Shown: piece by piece, positions 9,505 through 18,641 of the stretch
Position numbering within the stretch: the stretch's first letter is position 1
How the letters are laid out: each line of letters opens with the position of its first letter
NCBI GenBank assembly: GCA_964596665.1
Contig: CAZQVD010000002.1
Coordinates: 1 to 36,083, forward strand
Length of the DNA: 36,083 nt
From: an uncultured Dehalococcoidia bacterium
GTDB lineage: Bacteria; Chloroflexota; Dehalococcoidia; Lucifugimonadales; Australimonadaceae
Direction: 5' to 3'
Position numbers and translations under genes: made by a program
The notes under the pieces: model-generated
Databases searched by the model: none
Seen by the model: the letters and a program-made list of their open reading frames with translations, nothing else
Told to the model about the DNA's origin: nothing

Positions 9505-10779
9505 ATCGGCGCGATCCCCCGCCGACTCGCCCACCTGACGCCCTTCTACTACGGTTGGGTGATCGTCGTCGTCGCCGGCGTGGCCAATGCCTCCCGCGTC
9601 TCGAGTGCCGTCGAAGTCTCCAGCGTATTCGTTCCGGCCCTCGCCGCGGAGTACGGCTGGAGCCGCACCCTCATCGCCAGCGCCACCACCGTGGGGGGCG
9701 TCGCAACGTCGCTCACCGGGCCGATCGTCGGCCGCATTCTCGATCGTTTCGGCGCGCGCCTCGTGGTCCCGTTCGGTGCGCTCGTCGTAGGCGTCGGCTG
9801 CTTCACCCTCGCTAACGTGCAGACCGCGGCCTTGTTCGTGGCCGTCTACGCCATGGTCCGGATGGGCGGCCAGTCGTTCATGCAATTCCCCAATCAGGTC
9901 ACGGTCGCCAATTGGTTCGACCGCCGGCGCGGGACGGCGACGGCGTTGTTGGTCGGCGTAGGCTCAGTAGGCCTCATCGTCGCGCCGGTAGTGGTGCAGG
10001 CGATCCTTACGCGCTCTGGCATCGCGGCGGCATGGATCTTCCTGGGCGTCATCGTGTTGGTGCTGGGGTTTGCCCCCACGCTCTTGCTCACCGCGCGGCG
10101 GCCGGAGGACATCGGGCTTCGCCCCGACGGCGCCGAGGCCCCCGCCGCCGCCGAAGCCGGTACGCCGGCTGATGCCAGTGCCGCGGACTGGACGCTGCAT
10201 GAAGCGTTGGCGACGCCCACGCTCTGGCTCGTACTGGCATCGGGAGTCATGTTTTCGCTCGCGTCCACGGGCGTCGGCTTCCACGAGCTTTCGTACTTTC
10301 AGGAGCAAGGCATCGCGCCGGGCACCACGGCAGCGGTCGTCAGCACCTTCGCCTTCGGCCTGACCGCTGGTGGCGTCGCGTGGGGGTGGCTTGCCGACCG
10401 CATCCGCGTGCAATGGCTCATCATGACGCAGTACGCGTTGGGTTCCGTGCTCACCGCCTGGCTCACGACCATCGACGTGGCGCCCTTCGCTTTCGTCTTC
10501 TCGTTCTCCTTCGGCGTGCTCGTCGGAGGGGGCCTCGCGCTGCCGACGCTCCTCCTCGCCCGCTACTACGGACGCGCCAATCTGGGTGCAATCGCCGGGG
10601 TCCTTCAGATGACGCGAGGTCTCAGCCTCGGCTCGGGGCCCCTCGTAGCGGGCCTCTTCTACGACGCGACAGGCGCCTACTACTCGGCCTTCGTGACCTT
10701 CTCCATCATGGGTCTGGCGTCGGCCGCCCTGATGACGATGGCACGCCAGCCAGACCGGCGGCCCGGAGTGCTGATGTGA
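9505..10779 (+). CDS. MFS transporter (start codon uncertain)
   Basis: 12-TM pattern; FYYGWVIV N-terminal motif, GRILDRFGAR motif A, WFDRRRG, RYYGRANLG. The first canonical start (GTG 9559) lies inside the conserved FYYGWV motif, so ATC 9505 behind GGAG is proposed. Confidence 0.85.
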   Translation: MGAIPRRLAHLTPFYYGWVIVVVAGVANASRVSSAVEVSSVFVPALAAEYGWSRTLIASATTVGGVATSLTGPIVGRILDRFGARLVVPFGALVVGVGCFTLANVQTAALFVAVYAMVRMGGQSFMQFPNQVTVANWFDRRRGTATALLVGVGSVGLIVAPVVVQAILTRSGIAAAWIFLGVIVLVLGFAPTLLLTARRPEDIGLRPDGAEAPAAAEAGTPADASAADWTLHEALATPTLWLVLASGVMFSLASTGVGFHELSYFQEQGIAPGTTAAVVSTFAFGLTAGGVAWGWLADRIRVQWLIMTQYALGSVLTAWLTTIDVAPFAFVFSFSFGVLVGGGLALPTLLLARYYGRANLGAIAGVLQMTRGLSLGSGPLVAGLFYDATGAYYSAFVTFSIMGLASAALMTMARQPDRRPGVLM

Positions 10780-11037
10780 CCAGTGGTATGGGACGTGGGG
10801 GTCTGATCGCCGTGGCGGCTTCCCCCCTGCCCTAGAGGTAACCTGACTCCTGCCAGCACGCCTCGGCGCCGGGATGCAGCGCTATGCCCAGTGATCCCTC
10901 CGGCGTGTCGCGGCACATGCGGTCCGTGGGCAACGGCCCCTCGCCCTGGCCCCTGGGGATGATTTCCTTCATGAAGCACCGGCCTCTCTGTATGCTCGCC
11001 ATTGCAGGCCCTCTTCTTTCGCCGAGGGGGATGCTGC

Positions 11038-11829
11038 CTACAGCGACTTGATCTGTCCCCCGTCGATCGCGATGTTCTGGCCCGTCACGAACGCGGCTCG
11101 GTCGGACGCCAGGAACGCGATCAGCTCGCCGGCCTCGTCGGGGAGCCCGAAACGCCCAGCGGGCACCGCGGCCAGCCGCCGGCTCGTCTGCTCCTCCACG
11201 TCTCGGCCCGCCGCCTTGGCCTGTGCCTGGATCACCGAGCTCAGCCGATCCGTCGCGATCGACCCAGGCAGCACGCTGTTAACCGTGATGCCGTACGGGG
11301 CGACCTCCTGTGCGAGAAGCTTGGAGTATGCGGAGAGCGCAGTGCGCGCGATTGTCGACAGGCCGAGGCCGTCCTCCGGCTCTTTGATCGTCTTCGACAG
11401 TACCGAGACGATCCGCCCGTGGCCGCGCTCAATCATGCCCGGCAGCACCAAGGCGTTCAGTCGGCGTGCGCTGCTGAAGCTCAGGTCGAACGCGAGCTGC
11501 CACTCATCCTCGGAGAAGCCCAGAAGCTCGCCGGGCGGCGGACCACCCAGGTTGTTCACCGCGATGTCCACGCGCCCGTAGCGATCGAGCGCCTCGCTCA
11601 CGATTCGCTCGATGTCCTCCGCCAGCGAAAGATCGCCCACGATGGGCAGCACGCCGTCGACGCCAGGCTTGGCCGCCAGCTTGGCCGCGGCCTGCTCCAG
11701 CTCATCGCCGTGCCGCGCGACCACCACGACGCGCGCGCCTTCGGCCGCCAGCGCGCCCGCAGCGGCGAAGCCGATGCCCTTGCTGGAGCCGCCGACGAGC
11801 GCGATCTTTCCCGCGAGCCCAAGATCCAT
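11038..11829 (-). CDS. Short-chain dehydrogenase/reductase (atypical, 3-oxoacyl-ACP-reductase-like)
   Basis: MDLGLAGKIALVGGSSKGIG, NNLGGPPPG, LSTIAR in place of YxxxK, TGQNIAIDGG; GGAGGG RBS. Confidence 0.92.
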   Translation of the reverse strand: MDLGLAGKIALVGGSSKGIGFAAAGALAAEGARVVVVARHGDELEQAAAKLAAKPGVDGVLPIVGDLSLAEDIERIVSEALDRYGRVDIAVNNLGGPPPGELLGFSEDEWQLAFDLSFSSARRLNALVLPGMIERGHGRIVSVLSKTIKEPEDGLGLSTIARTALSAYSKLLAQEVAPYGITVNSVLPGSIATDRLSSVIQAQAKAAGRDVEEQTSRRLAAVPAGRFGLPDEAGELIAFLASDRAAFVTGQNIAIDGGQIKSL

Positions 11830-12052
11830 CGAATGCCCTCCCGCCGCCGCATCTTAGCCCGCTGACGCCTGCGCCGCGATAGCCGACCTCGGCTAAGCGG
11901 ACCATCTAGCCGGGCTTGTCTCTCGGCAACCTCGCATGCCGGCCCCCAACCCGTTTGATAGCCCACCCCAATCCCAGCCTTCGCACCTTGCGCTGCGGTT
12001 TCTCCTAAGCTGGTGACCGTAAGCCAGCGACATGCCCACAAGGAGGTAACCC

Positions 12053-12127
12053 ATGGGACGCTTCGGGCTCCTTATCTTCTCCAGCCTGCTTTCGCTCATG
12101 GTTGTCGTGCTGATGCAGGCGATCTAA
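12053..12127 (+). CDS. Small hydrophobic peptide, 24 aa (MGRFGLLIFSSLLSLMVVVLMQAI)
   Basis: Below the ORF-track size cutoff. Perfect SD AAGGAGGT (12040-12047) 5 nt before the ATG; single predicted TM helix; TAA at 12125-12127. Confidence 0.65.
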   Translation: MGRFGLLIFSSLLSLMVVVLMQAI

Positions 12128-12137
12128 GCTCAGTGGC

Positions 12138-13808
12138 GTGACCTCCGAAAGCCACGACTCCAGCAACCGTGCCTTCGCCTCCCTCGTCCAGCGTGTGCTC
12201 GATGCGCGTTGGCGGGCCTACCCAAACGAGGCCGCAACTTTCGGCTTCCACGACTACGACGGCCTCCTGCCCACCGCCTCCGAGCAAGCCATTGCCGATC
12301 GCGTCAGCGCGTTGCGCGATTCGCTCGCTGAGGCCGAGGCCGTCGCCCCTCCGACCCTCGACGGGCAACAGCGATTCGACCGCGAGCTGCTGATTTCCGG
12401 CCTGCGCTACGAGTTGTTCGACCTGACGGAGCGGCGCACCCATCGCGCCAACCCAATGGCCCTGATGGCCCCCATCGAGGTCACCAACTACCTCGACCGA
12501 AGCTACGCACCCGTGGAGCAACGCCTCGCGTCGCTGGCCGAGCTCCTGCGCGGCGTGCCCGCCTACCTAGACTCGATCCGCGCCCTGCTGGTGCCTCCCT
12601 TCGCCAAGCCCGTGCTCGAGCAGAGCATCGAGGCTTACCAGGGCATCGCCACCTTCTACCGGGGCGATGTCGCTGCCTTCGTCACGGAGCATGCGTCCGC
12701 TGCGCCTGCGAGCGAGGTGAGCGCGGCGGCGGACGCGGCGGCAGCAGCCGTCGATGAGATGGCTGCCTACCTCGAGCCGCACCGTGCAACGGCCACTGAC
12801 GACTTCGCGATCGGCGCCGACATCTACGCCGGCATGCTGTTGCACGGCGAGATGGTGAGCATCCCGATCGCTGAGATCGAGGCCGCGGGGGAGCGGGAGC
12901 TGGCGCGCAACCAGGCGTTGGTGCGCGAAGCAGCTGAGCACATCGCTCCCGGTGCGCCGGTCGTCGAGGCCATCGTGATGGTCGCGCGCGACCACCCGAC
13001 GGCTGACCGCTTGCTGGACGAGACCCGGGCCATGCTGGAGGAGCTTCGGGCCTTCGTTGTCGACGAGAACGTCGCCAGCGTCGTGTCCGATGTGCGCGCG
13101 GAGGTTCGCGAGACGCCGGCGTTCATGCGCTGGGCTTTCGCTGCCATGGACGGCCCCGGTCCCTTCGAGGAGGTCGCTACCGAGTCCTTCTACTATGTCA
13201 CCCCAGTGGAGCCCGAATGGTCGCCCGAGCAGGCGGAAGAATGGCTCTCCAACTTCAATTACTCTGCTCTCAAGATCATCTCCGCGCACGAGGTCTACCC
13301 CGGCCATTACGTCCACTTCCTGCGCCACCACCACGCACCGTCCGACGCTGCCAAGGTCTTCGGCGCCTACTCCTTCTGGGAAGGCTGGGCGCATTACTGC
13401 GAGGAGATGATGCTGGAGGTGGGCTACGGCGGAGGCGACCCGCGCCTCGCTTTCGCCGAGGCACAGGAGGCGCTGATCCGCATCTGCCGCCTGCTGTGCT
13501 CCATCCGCATGCACACGCAGGGTCAGACCCAGGCGGAGGCAACCCGCTTCTTTCAGGACAACGCCTACATGGAGGAGCTGCCCGCCTCAAAGGAGGCGCT
13601 GCGCGGCACCTTCGACCCGGGCTACCTGAACTACACCCTTGGCAAGCTCATGATCCAGAAGCTGCGCGACGATTGGCAGGCCGAGCAGGGCGCGGCGTAC
13701 AGCCTGAAAGCCTTCCACGACGAGCTCCTCAGCCACGGCGGACCACCCATTCCGCTGCTGCGTCGGGCAATGCTGCGGCATGACGACGGCGGGCTGCTGC
13801 GCGGGTAG
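12138..13808 (+). CDS. DUF885 family protein (putative zinc metallopeptidase)
   Basis: P..AT..G.HDYD N-terminus; HEVYPGHYVH, FWEGWAHYCE and YLNYTLGK motifs. Confidence 0.9.
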   Translation: MTSESHDSSNRAFASLVQRVLDARWRAYPNEAATFGFHDYDGLLPTASEQAIADRVSALRDSLAEAEAVAPPTLDGQQRFDRELLISGLRYELFDLTERRTHRANPMALMAPIEVTNYLDRSYAPVEQRLASLAELLRGVPAYLDSIRALLVPPFAKPVLEQSIEAYQGIATFYRGDVAAFVTEHASAAPASEVSAAADAAAAAVDEMAAYLEPHRATATDDFAIGADIYAGMLLHGEMVSIPIAEIEAAGERELARNQALVREAAEHIAPGAPVVEAIVMVARDHPTADRLLDETRAMLEELRAFVVDENVASVVSDVRAEVRETPAFMRWAFAAMDGPGPFEEVATESFYYVTPVEPEWSPEQAEEWLSNFNYSALKIISAHEVYPGHYVHFLRHHHAPSDAAKVFGAYSFWEGWAHYCEEMMLEVGYGGGDPRLAFAEAQEALIRICRLLCSIRMHTQGQTQAEATRFFQDNAYMEELPASKEALRGTFDPGYLNYTLGKLMIQKLRDDWQAEQGAAYSLKAFHDELLSHGGPPIPLLRRAMLRHDDGGLLRG

Positions 13809-13859
13809 GTGGATAGGAATGAATCGCTCCTGTCGCAGCGCGGCAGCTACAATCCGCAC

Positions 13860-14303
13860 ATGATCCTCGCCCTCTTCGCCCTCATCCTCGTCGTGATTGC
13901 CGGCGCGGCCGCCGCCCCGGTCATGGCGCGCCGCCTCGGCCGCATCGTCGAGCGCGACGTGGGCGTGCTCGGCGCTTCGGTCCTCACCCTCGGGCTCGGC
14001 GGGATCAACCTCGTTGCATTGCTCTGGTTCACCGCTGGTGGGGAAGTGGGCGCGGCCACCCTCCCTTTCGGGGCCGCGCCCATGGCAGCAGGCCTGCTTG
14101 GGCTACGCGTCGTGCGAGGTAGGCTTGCCGGGACCCCGCGCACGGTCTCCCTCCTCGCCGCTGCGGCGCTTGCGCTGGCCGGCATACCGGGCTACTTCGC
14201 GCTTCTCTTCGCCATTGTCTCCTCCGCCGTCGCGGCCGTGGTGTTCCTCGCGGGCATCGACAACCTGCGCCGTCTCGCCAGCGCCCTCGACCCTCGGCTG
14301 TAA
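13860..14303 (+). CDS. Hypothetical membrane protein
   Basis: Four to five hydrophobic segments; start placed at ATG 13860, 6 nt after TACAAT. Confidence 0.7.
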   Translation: MILALFALILVVIAGAAAAPVMARRLGRIVERDVGVLGASVLTLGLGGINLVALLWFTAGGEVGAATLPFGAAPMAAGLLGLRVVRGRLAGTPRTVSLLAAAALALAGIPGYFALLFAIVSSAVAAVVFLAGIDNLRRLASALDPRL

Positions 14304-14371
14304 GGCACCGGACGCGGAAGCTCCACGACCCGATACAATGCCCGCAGCCCCCAGCCTCGTGAGGTGTTCCC

Positions 14372-15616
14372 ATGCCCGGACCCTTGGAAGGAATCCGCGT
14401 CCTCGATCTCACCCGCATCCTCTCCGGCCCCTTCTGCACCATGGTCATGGCCGACCTCGGCGCCGACGTGATCAAGGTCGAGCAGCCGGGCACCGGCGAC
14501 CCCGCCCGCGGCAACGGACCCTTTCTGACGATGGACGCACACGGCAACCAGATCGCTGCCGAGGGGCAGGCCGACGATAGCTACAGCACCTATTTCATGA
14601 GCATCAACCGGGGCAAGCGCAGCATCGCCATCGACCTGGCCAAGCCGAAGGGCAGGGAACTTCTGTTGGAGTTGGCAGAGCATGCCGACGTGCTCATCGA
14701 GAACTTCCGCCCGGGGACCATGGCCAAGCTTGGCCTGACCTATGATGCACTGAAAGCGTGCAACCCCAAGCTCGTCGCGGCCTCGATATCCGGGTTCGGT
14801 CAGACCGGCCCCTACGCCTCGCGACCGGCACTCGACGTCATCGTGCAAGGCATGGGCGGCATGCTCAGCATCACGGGAGAGCCCGGCGGTGGGCCCGTGC
14901 GCCCTGGCGCCAGCATCGGCGACATCACCGCCGCGCTCTTCGCCACCATCGCCATCCAGAGCGCGCTGCTCGAACGGGAGCGCTCAGGCGAGGGTCAGTA
15001 CATTGATATCTCGATGCTCGACTGCCAGGTCTCCATTATGGAGAATGCCTTCATGCGCTACTTTACCCTCGGCCAGATTCCCGAGCGCATCGGCACCCGC
15101 CACCCCAGTTCCACGCCATTTCAGGCGTTCAAGACCGCCGATGGCCACGTGGTCGTCGCGATCATGGGCGGCTCCACGGACCAGTGGCCCCTGTTCTGCG
15201 CCGCCATCGAGCATGCCGAGCTGATCGACGACGAGCGCTTCGTCACGGGTTGGGGACGCACCCAGCACTACGACGAGCTCATCCCCATCATCAGCGAGGC
15301 CATAGCGCAAAAGTCGACGGCCGAGTGGGTCGATATCCTGAGCGGCATGGGCATACCCGTCGGTCCCGTGCAGGACATCGCCGAGGTTGCAGCCGACCCC
15401 CAGATCGCCCATCGCGACATGTTCGTGAAGCTTGACCATCCCGCCGTCGGGCAGGTGCCCTTCACCGGCAACCCCATCAAGCTCTCGCGCACACCCAGCG
15501 GGCCGTCGCTCGTGCCGCCCGGCCTCGGCGAGCACACGGCCGGCGTGCTGAGCGGCGTGCTGGGCATGGGCGAGGCACGCGTCGCTGAGTTACTCGCCGA
15601 GGAGGTCATCGCCTAG
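14372..15616 (+). CDS. CaiB/BaiF family III CoA-transferase
   Basis: PLEGIRVLDLTRILSGPFCT...LGADVIKVE, NRGKRSI, ENFRPG, SISGFGQTGPY, catalytic GD; RBS GAGGTG; TACAAT at 14334. Confidence 0.95.
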   Translation: MPGPLEGIRVLDLTRILSGPFCTMVMADLGADVIKVEQPGTGDPARGNGPFLTMDAHGNQIAAEGQADDSYSTYFMSINRGKRSIAIDLAKPKGRELLLELAEHADVLIENFRPGTMAKLGLTYDALKACNPKLVAASISGFGQTGPYASRPALDVIVQGMGGMLSITGEPGGGPVRPGASIGDITAALFATIAIQSALLERERSGEGQYIDISMLDCQVSIMENAFMRYFTLGQIPERIGTRHPSSTPFQAFKTADGHVVVAIMGGSTDQWPLFCAAIEHAELIDDERFVTGWGRTQHYDELIPIISEAIAQKSTAEWVDILSGMGIPVGPVQDIAEVAADPQIAHRDMFVKLDHPAVGQVPFTGNPIKLSRTPSGPSLVPPGLGEHTAGVLSGVLGMGEARVAELLAEEVIA

Positions 15617-16555
15617 ATGCTCGGAGTCCTGTTCGCTCTCATCTCCACGGCCTCCTTCAGCTTCAACACCGTCATGGTGAGGCGTGGCGTGGTCCGCGCC
15701 TCGGCCTCGGCGGGCGCATTCGTCACAGTGCTCATGGGCGTGCCGATGTTTGCGGTCGCGGCGCTCGTCTCGGGCCAGCTCTTCCGCGCCGCCGAGCTGC
15801 CGGGCACGGGCTACATCCTGCTCTCCGTCGCGGGCATCATGCACTTCGGCTTCGGCCGCTACTGCAACTACCGTGCCGTCGGCGCCATCGGCGCAACCAG
15901 GGTGGCGCCGGTCCAATCCTTCACGATCCCCTACTCCGTATTCATCGCCTTCGTGTTCCTGGGTGAAACGATCAACTGGGGCATGGCCGTTGGGATCGGA
16001 CTCATCCTGGTCGGCCCTGCCATCATGATCGAGCGGGCATCGACGCCGGCTCCCAAGCCGCAGGCCACGCCCAGCGGCGGGTCGGACGCCGAGCCCGCTT
16101 TCGAGCTTCGGCAGGCCGAGGGCTACCTGTTCGCGCTGCTCTCCATCGGCGCCTACGGCACCAGCCCACTCCTGATACGCGCGGCGCTTGACGACCTCGA
16201 CAACATGGCCGTCTACGGCGGGCTCGTCGCGTACTTCGCCGCGGCCACTGCCTTGATCCTCACGCTGGTGATTCCGGCGCGCCGTGGTCTTATCACCGCC
16301 ATGCGCTTCAGGACCGTGCGCCTGTTCCTGGGCGCCGGTTTCTTCGTATTCCTAGCGCAGATGTTCCGCTTCGCCGCGCTCTCCATCGCCCCTGTCGCCG
16401 TCGTTTCCCCGCTGCAGCGCTCCGGAGCCATCTTCACCCTTTGCCTCTCCTGGGCGGTCAACCGCAAGCTCGAAAAGATCACTTGGCGCGTCGTCCTCGG
16501 CATCTTCACATCCACGGGCGGCGCCGTCCTCCTCATCTTGGCCCGCTTCGGCTAG
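15617..16555 (+). CDS. EamA/DMT family transporter
   Basis: About 10 TM helices in two repeats; abuts the CoA-transferase stop. Confidence 0.88.
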   Translation: MLGVLFALISTASFSFNTVMVRRGVVRASASAGAFVTVLMGVPMFAVAALVSGQLFRAAELPGTGYILLSVAGIMHFGFGRYCNYRAVGAIGATRVAPVQSFTIPYSVFIAFVFLGETINWGMAVGIGLILVGPAIMIERASTPAPKPQATPSGGSDAEPAFELRQAEGYLFALLSIGAYGTSPLLIRAALDDLDNMAVYGGLVAYFAAATALILTLVIPARRGLITAMRFRTVRLFLGAGFFVFLAQMFRFAALSIAPVAVVSPLQRSGAIFTLCLSWAVNRKLEKITWRVVLGIFTSTGGAVLLILARFG

Positions 16556-16915
16556 CGGACTCTCAAGAGACCGTGACCCTGTGATTGGGTGCGCGCCAGA
16601 GGGTAGCGGGACGCACGGGTCGTGATATTTGGGTGCGTAAGCGTGCACCTGCCAACACCGCACTTGCACTCACGGTGGCGGCCGCGTCGCTTTCGGATCT
16701 AGTTGCTTTTCGCCTTCCTCATTTCTCTCGATTCAATCGCAAACAGTTCTCGGCGATAGGCGTATGGGTGGCTAATCTACTTTCCCTCTAACCCAGCCGA
16801 AGCGGTCCTCGCCAAGTAATACGGCGCCTACAGTGACAAGAACAAGCCTCCGTCTCGGCTGCGCCGTGGTGTTGCGGTAAGCTATGCGCGCCGGTACCGG
16901 CACAGGAGGCGACGC

Positions 16916-18022
16916 ATGGCGACACAAGTCGCGACGAGGAAGATCGACGCGGATACCCACTTCAATCTGACGGTCGACTACCGGGAGTTGAGGGAGCTGC
17001 TTTCTCGCGGCCAGCAAGCCGAGGCAAGCGAGATGCTGTGGCTCGACGCTCAGCGCATTGTGGACCCCGAGACTGTGCGAGTGGGCCTCACCGGCTCCGG
17101 CGTGCCGAATCCCGGCGAGGGCTCCGGCGATCCGGAGTGGGATCCCGACGCCCGTATCCGCGAGATGAATGCGCTGGGTTTCGACATGCAGGTGCTGAAC
17201 ACCCAGCGTGCCATGCCCGCACCCCTCCACGCCTACCGCCCGCTCTGGCTCCGCACCGCCCTGGCGACGCTCTACAACAACGAAGCGGCGGCGCTGCAGA
17301 AGCGCTACCCTGACCAGTTCATCTGCCAGATCACCTTCCCGTGGGACGACATCGAAGCCTCCGTGAAGGAGGTTGAGCGCGCTGCGGCCCTCGGCCTGAA
17401 GGCAGTCAGCATCTGCGGGAGCTGGCTCGACCAGAACCTCGACGCCTATGAGTTGTACCCCTTCTGGGACGCGATCACCGGGCTCGACCTTGCCTGCATC
17501 GTCCACAACTACACCCAGGGCCATCGCGGCGACATGCACGATCACCGCACGTCCTACCCCATGGTCGGCACCGAGCGCTATCACCGCATGCACATCGGCA
17601 CCTACCTCGGCTTCGGCATCGACTACACGGTTGCCTGCGCTGCGCTCACGTTGGGCGGCGTGCTGGACCAGTTCCCCAAGCTGCGCTTCCTCTTCTTCGA
17701 GGCCGGTGCCACGTGGATGGCCTACGCCATGCACGGCGCGGATCGCTCGTTCTACATCGAGCGATCCTGCTCGCGGACCGACACCCGGCCGAGCGAGCTG
17801 ATCATGCGGCATTGCATGACCGCGGTGGAGAACGTGGAGCCACTGGAGCAGCTCGTGGCGGTCTACGGGGCTGACAACTTCGTCATCGGCACCGATTTCC
17901 CGCACCCTGAGTTCCAGCGCCTGCCCAATGCGTCCACCGACATCACCGACAAGAGCAGTCTGTCCGCGGAGGACAAGGCCAAGATACTGGGGGGCAACCT
18001 AGCGCGCGCACTCAGGCTCTAG
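16916..18022 (+). CDS. Amidohydrolase_2 family protein (decarboxylase/hydratase-like)
   Basis: IDADTH, YPFW...IVH, GGVLDQFPKLRFLFFEAG, GTDFPHPE, KILGGN; AGGAGG RBS. Confidence 0.92.
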   Translation: MATQVATRKIDADTHFNLTVDYRELRELLSRGQQAEASEMLWLDAQRIVDPETVRVGLTGSGVPNPGEGSGDPEWDPDARIREMNALGFDMQVLNTQRAMPAPLHAYRPLWLRTALATLYNNEAAALQKRYPDQFICQITFPWDDIEASVKEVERAAALGLKAVSICGSWLDQNLDAYELYPFWDAITGLDLACIVHNYTQGHRGDMHDHRTSYPMVGTERYHRMHIGTYLGFGIDYTVACAALTLGGVLDQFPKLRFLFFEAGATWMAYAMHGADRSFYIERSCSRTDTRPSELIMRHCMTAVENVEPLEQLVAVYGADNFVIGTDFPHPEFQRLPNASTDITDKSSLSAEDKAKILGGNLARALRL

Positions 18023-18026
18023 GGCG

Positions 18027-18641
18027 ATGCGCACGATGCCCGACGACGACGACGCGCTCTGGGCCGCGATCGAGGCCGCTGGACCGCTTGCTCGGGCTGT
18101 GGCGGAGCGTGATCGGTGGGACGACCCCGACGACTCAAGCGAGCGCTCACAAGCGCAATCAGCGCGTCGTCGAACGTTCATCGCCGCGTACGCCTATGCC
18201 GTGCCAACCCGCGAAACGATTGAAGCTATCACACGCTTCTTCGCCGGATACCGCGTGCTCGAGGTCTGCGCAGGCTCCGGCCTCTGGGCGCAGCTCCTCA
18301 CGGCCGAGGGTGCGGACATCGTGGCGACCGACGGGGCCGAGCCCATTGCGGCGCCACACTTCCCCATCGCGGTGCTTGATGCCACCGACGCGGTAAACGC
18401 CAATCCTGGGTGCACGGCGATGCTCGTCTGCTGGCCATCGCACAAGCAAGACGCGGCGTATCGTGCGCTGCGCTCATTCGGCGGCGATCACTTCGCCTTC
18501 GTGGGCGATCCACGCTTTACTGCAGACGACGGCTTCCACGCGTTGCTTGCCACCGAGTGGGACCTGCGCCACCAGCTGCCGCTGCCTTCGTGGCCAGGGC
18601 TCGCGGACGCCGCACACCTGTACGTGAGACGGACGCCCTAG
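18027..18641 (+). CDS. Hypothetical protein with class I SAM-dependent methyltransferase-like fold
   Basis: VLEVCAGSGLWA motif I, DIVATD, LVCWP; 4 nt after the amidohydrolase stop. Confidence 0.7.
   Translation: MRTMPDDDDALWAAIEAAGPLARAVAERDRWDDPDDSSERSQAQSARRRTFIAAYAYAVPTRETIEAITRFFAGYRVLEVCAGSGLWAQLLTAEGADIVATDGAEPIAAPHFPIAVLDATDAVNANPGCTAMLVCWPSHKQDAAYRALRSFGGDHFAFVGDPRFTADDGFHALLATEWDLRHQLPLPSWPGLADAAHLYVRRTP

Noticed and set aside
10780-11037. 258-bp gap between the convergent MFS and SDR genes
   Set aside because: No convincing ORF, RBS, repeat copy or recognisable RNA motif by eye.
16556-16915. 360-bp lower-GC intergenic region and the 68-aa ORF at 16585-16791
   Set aside because: Atypical codon usage, no RBS and no recognisable RNA family; probably the amidohydrolase promoter region.
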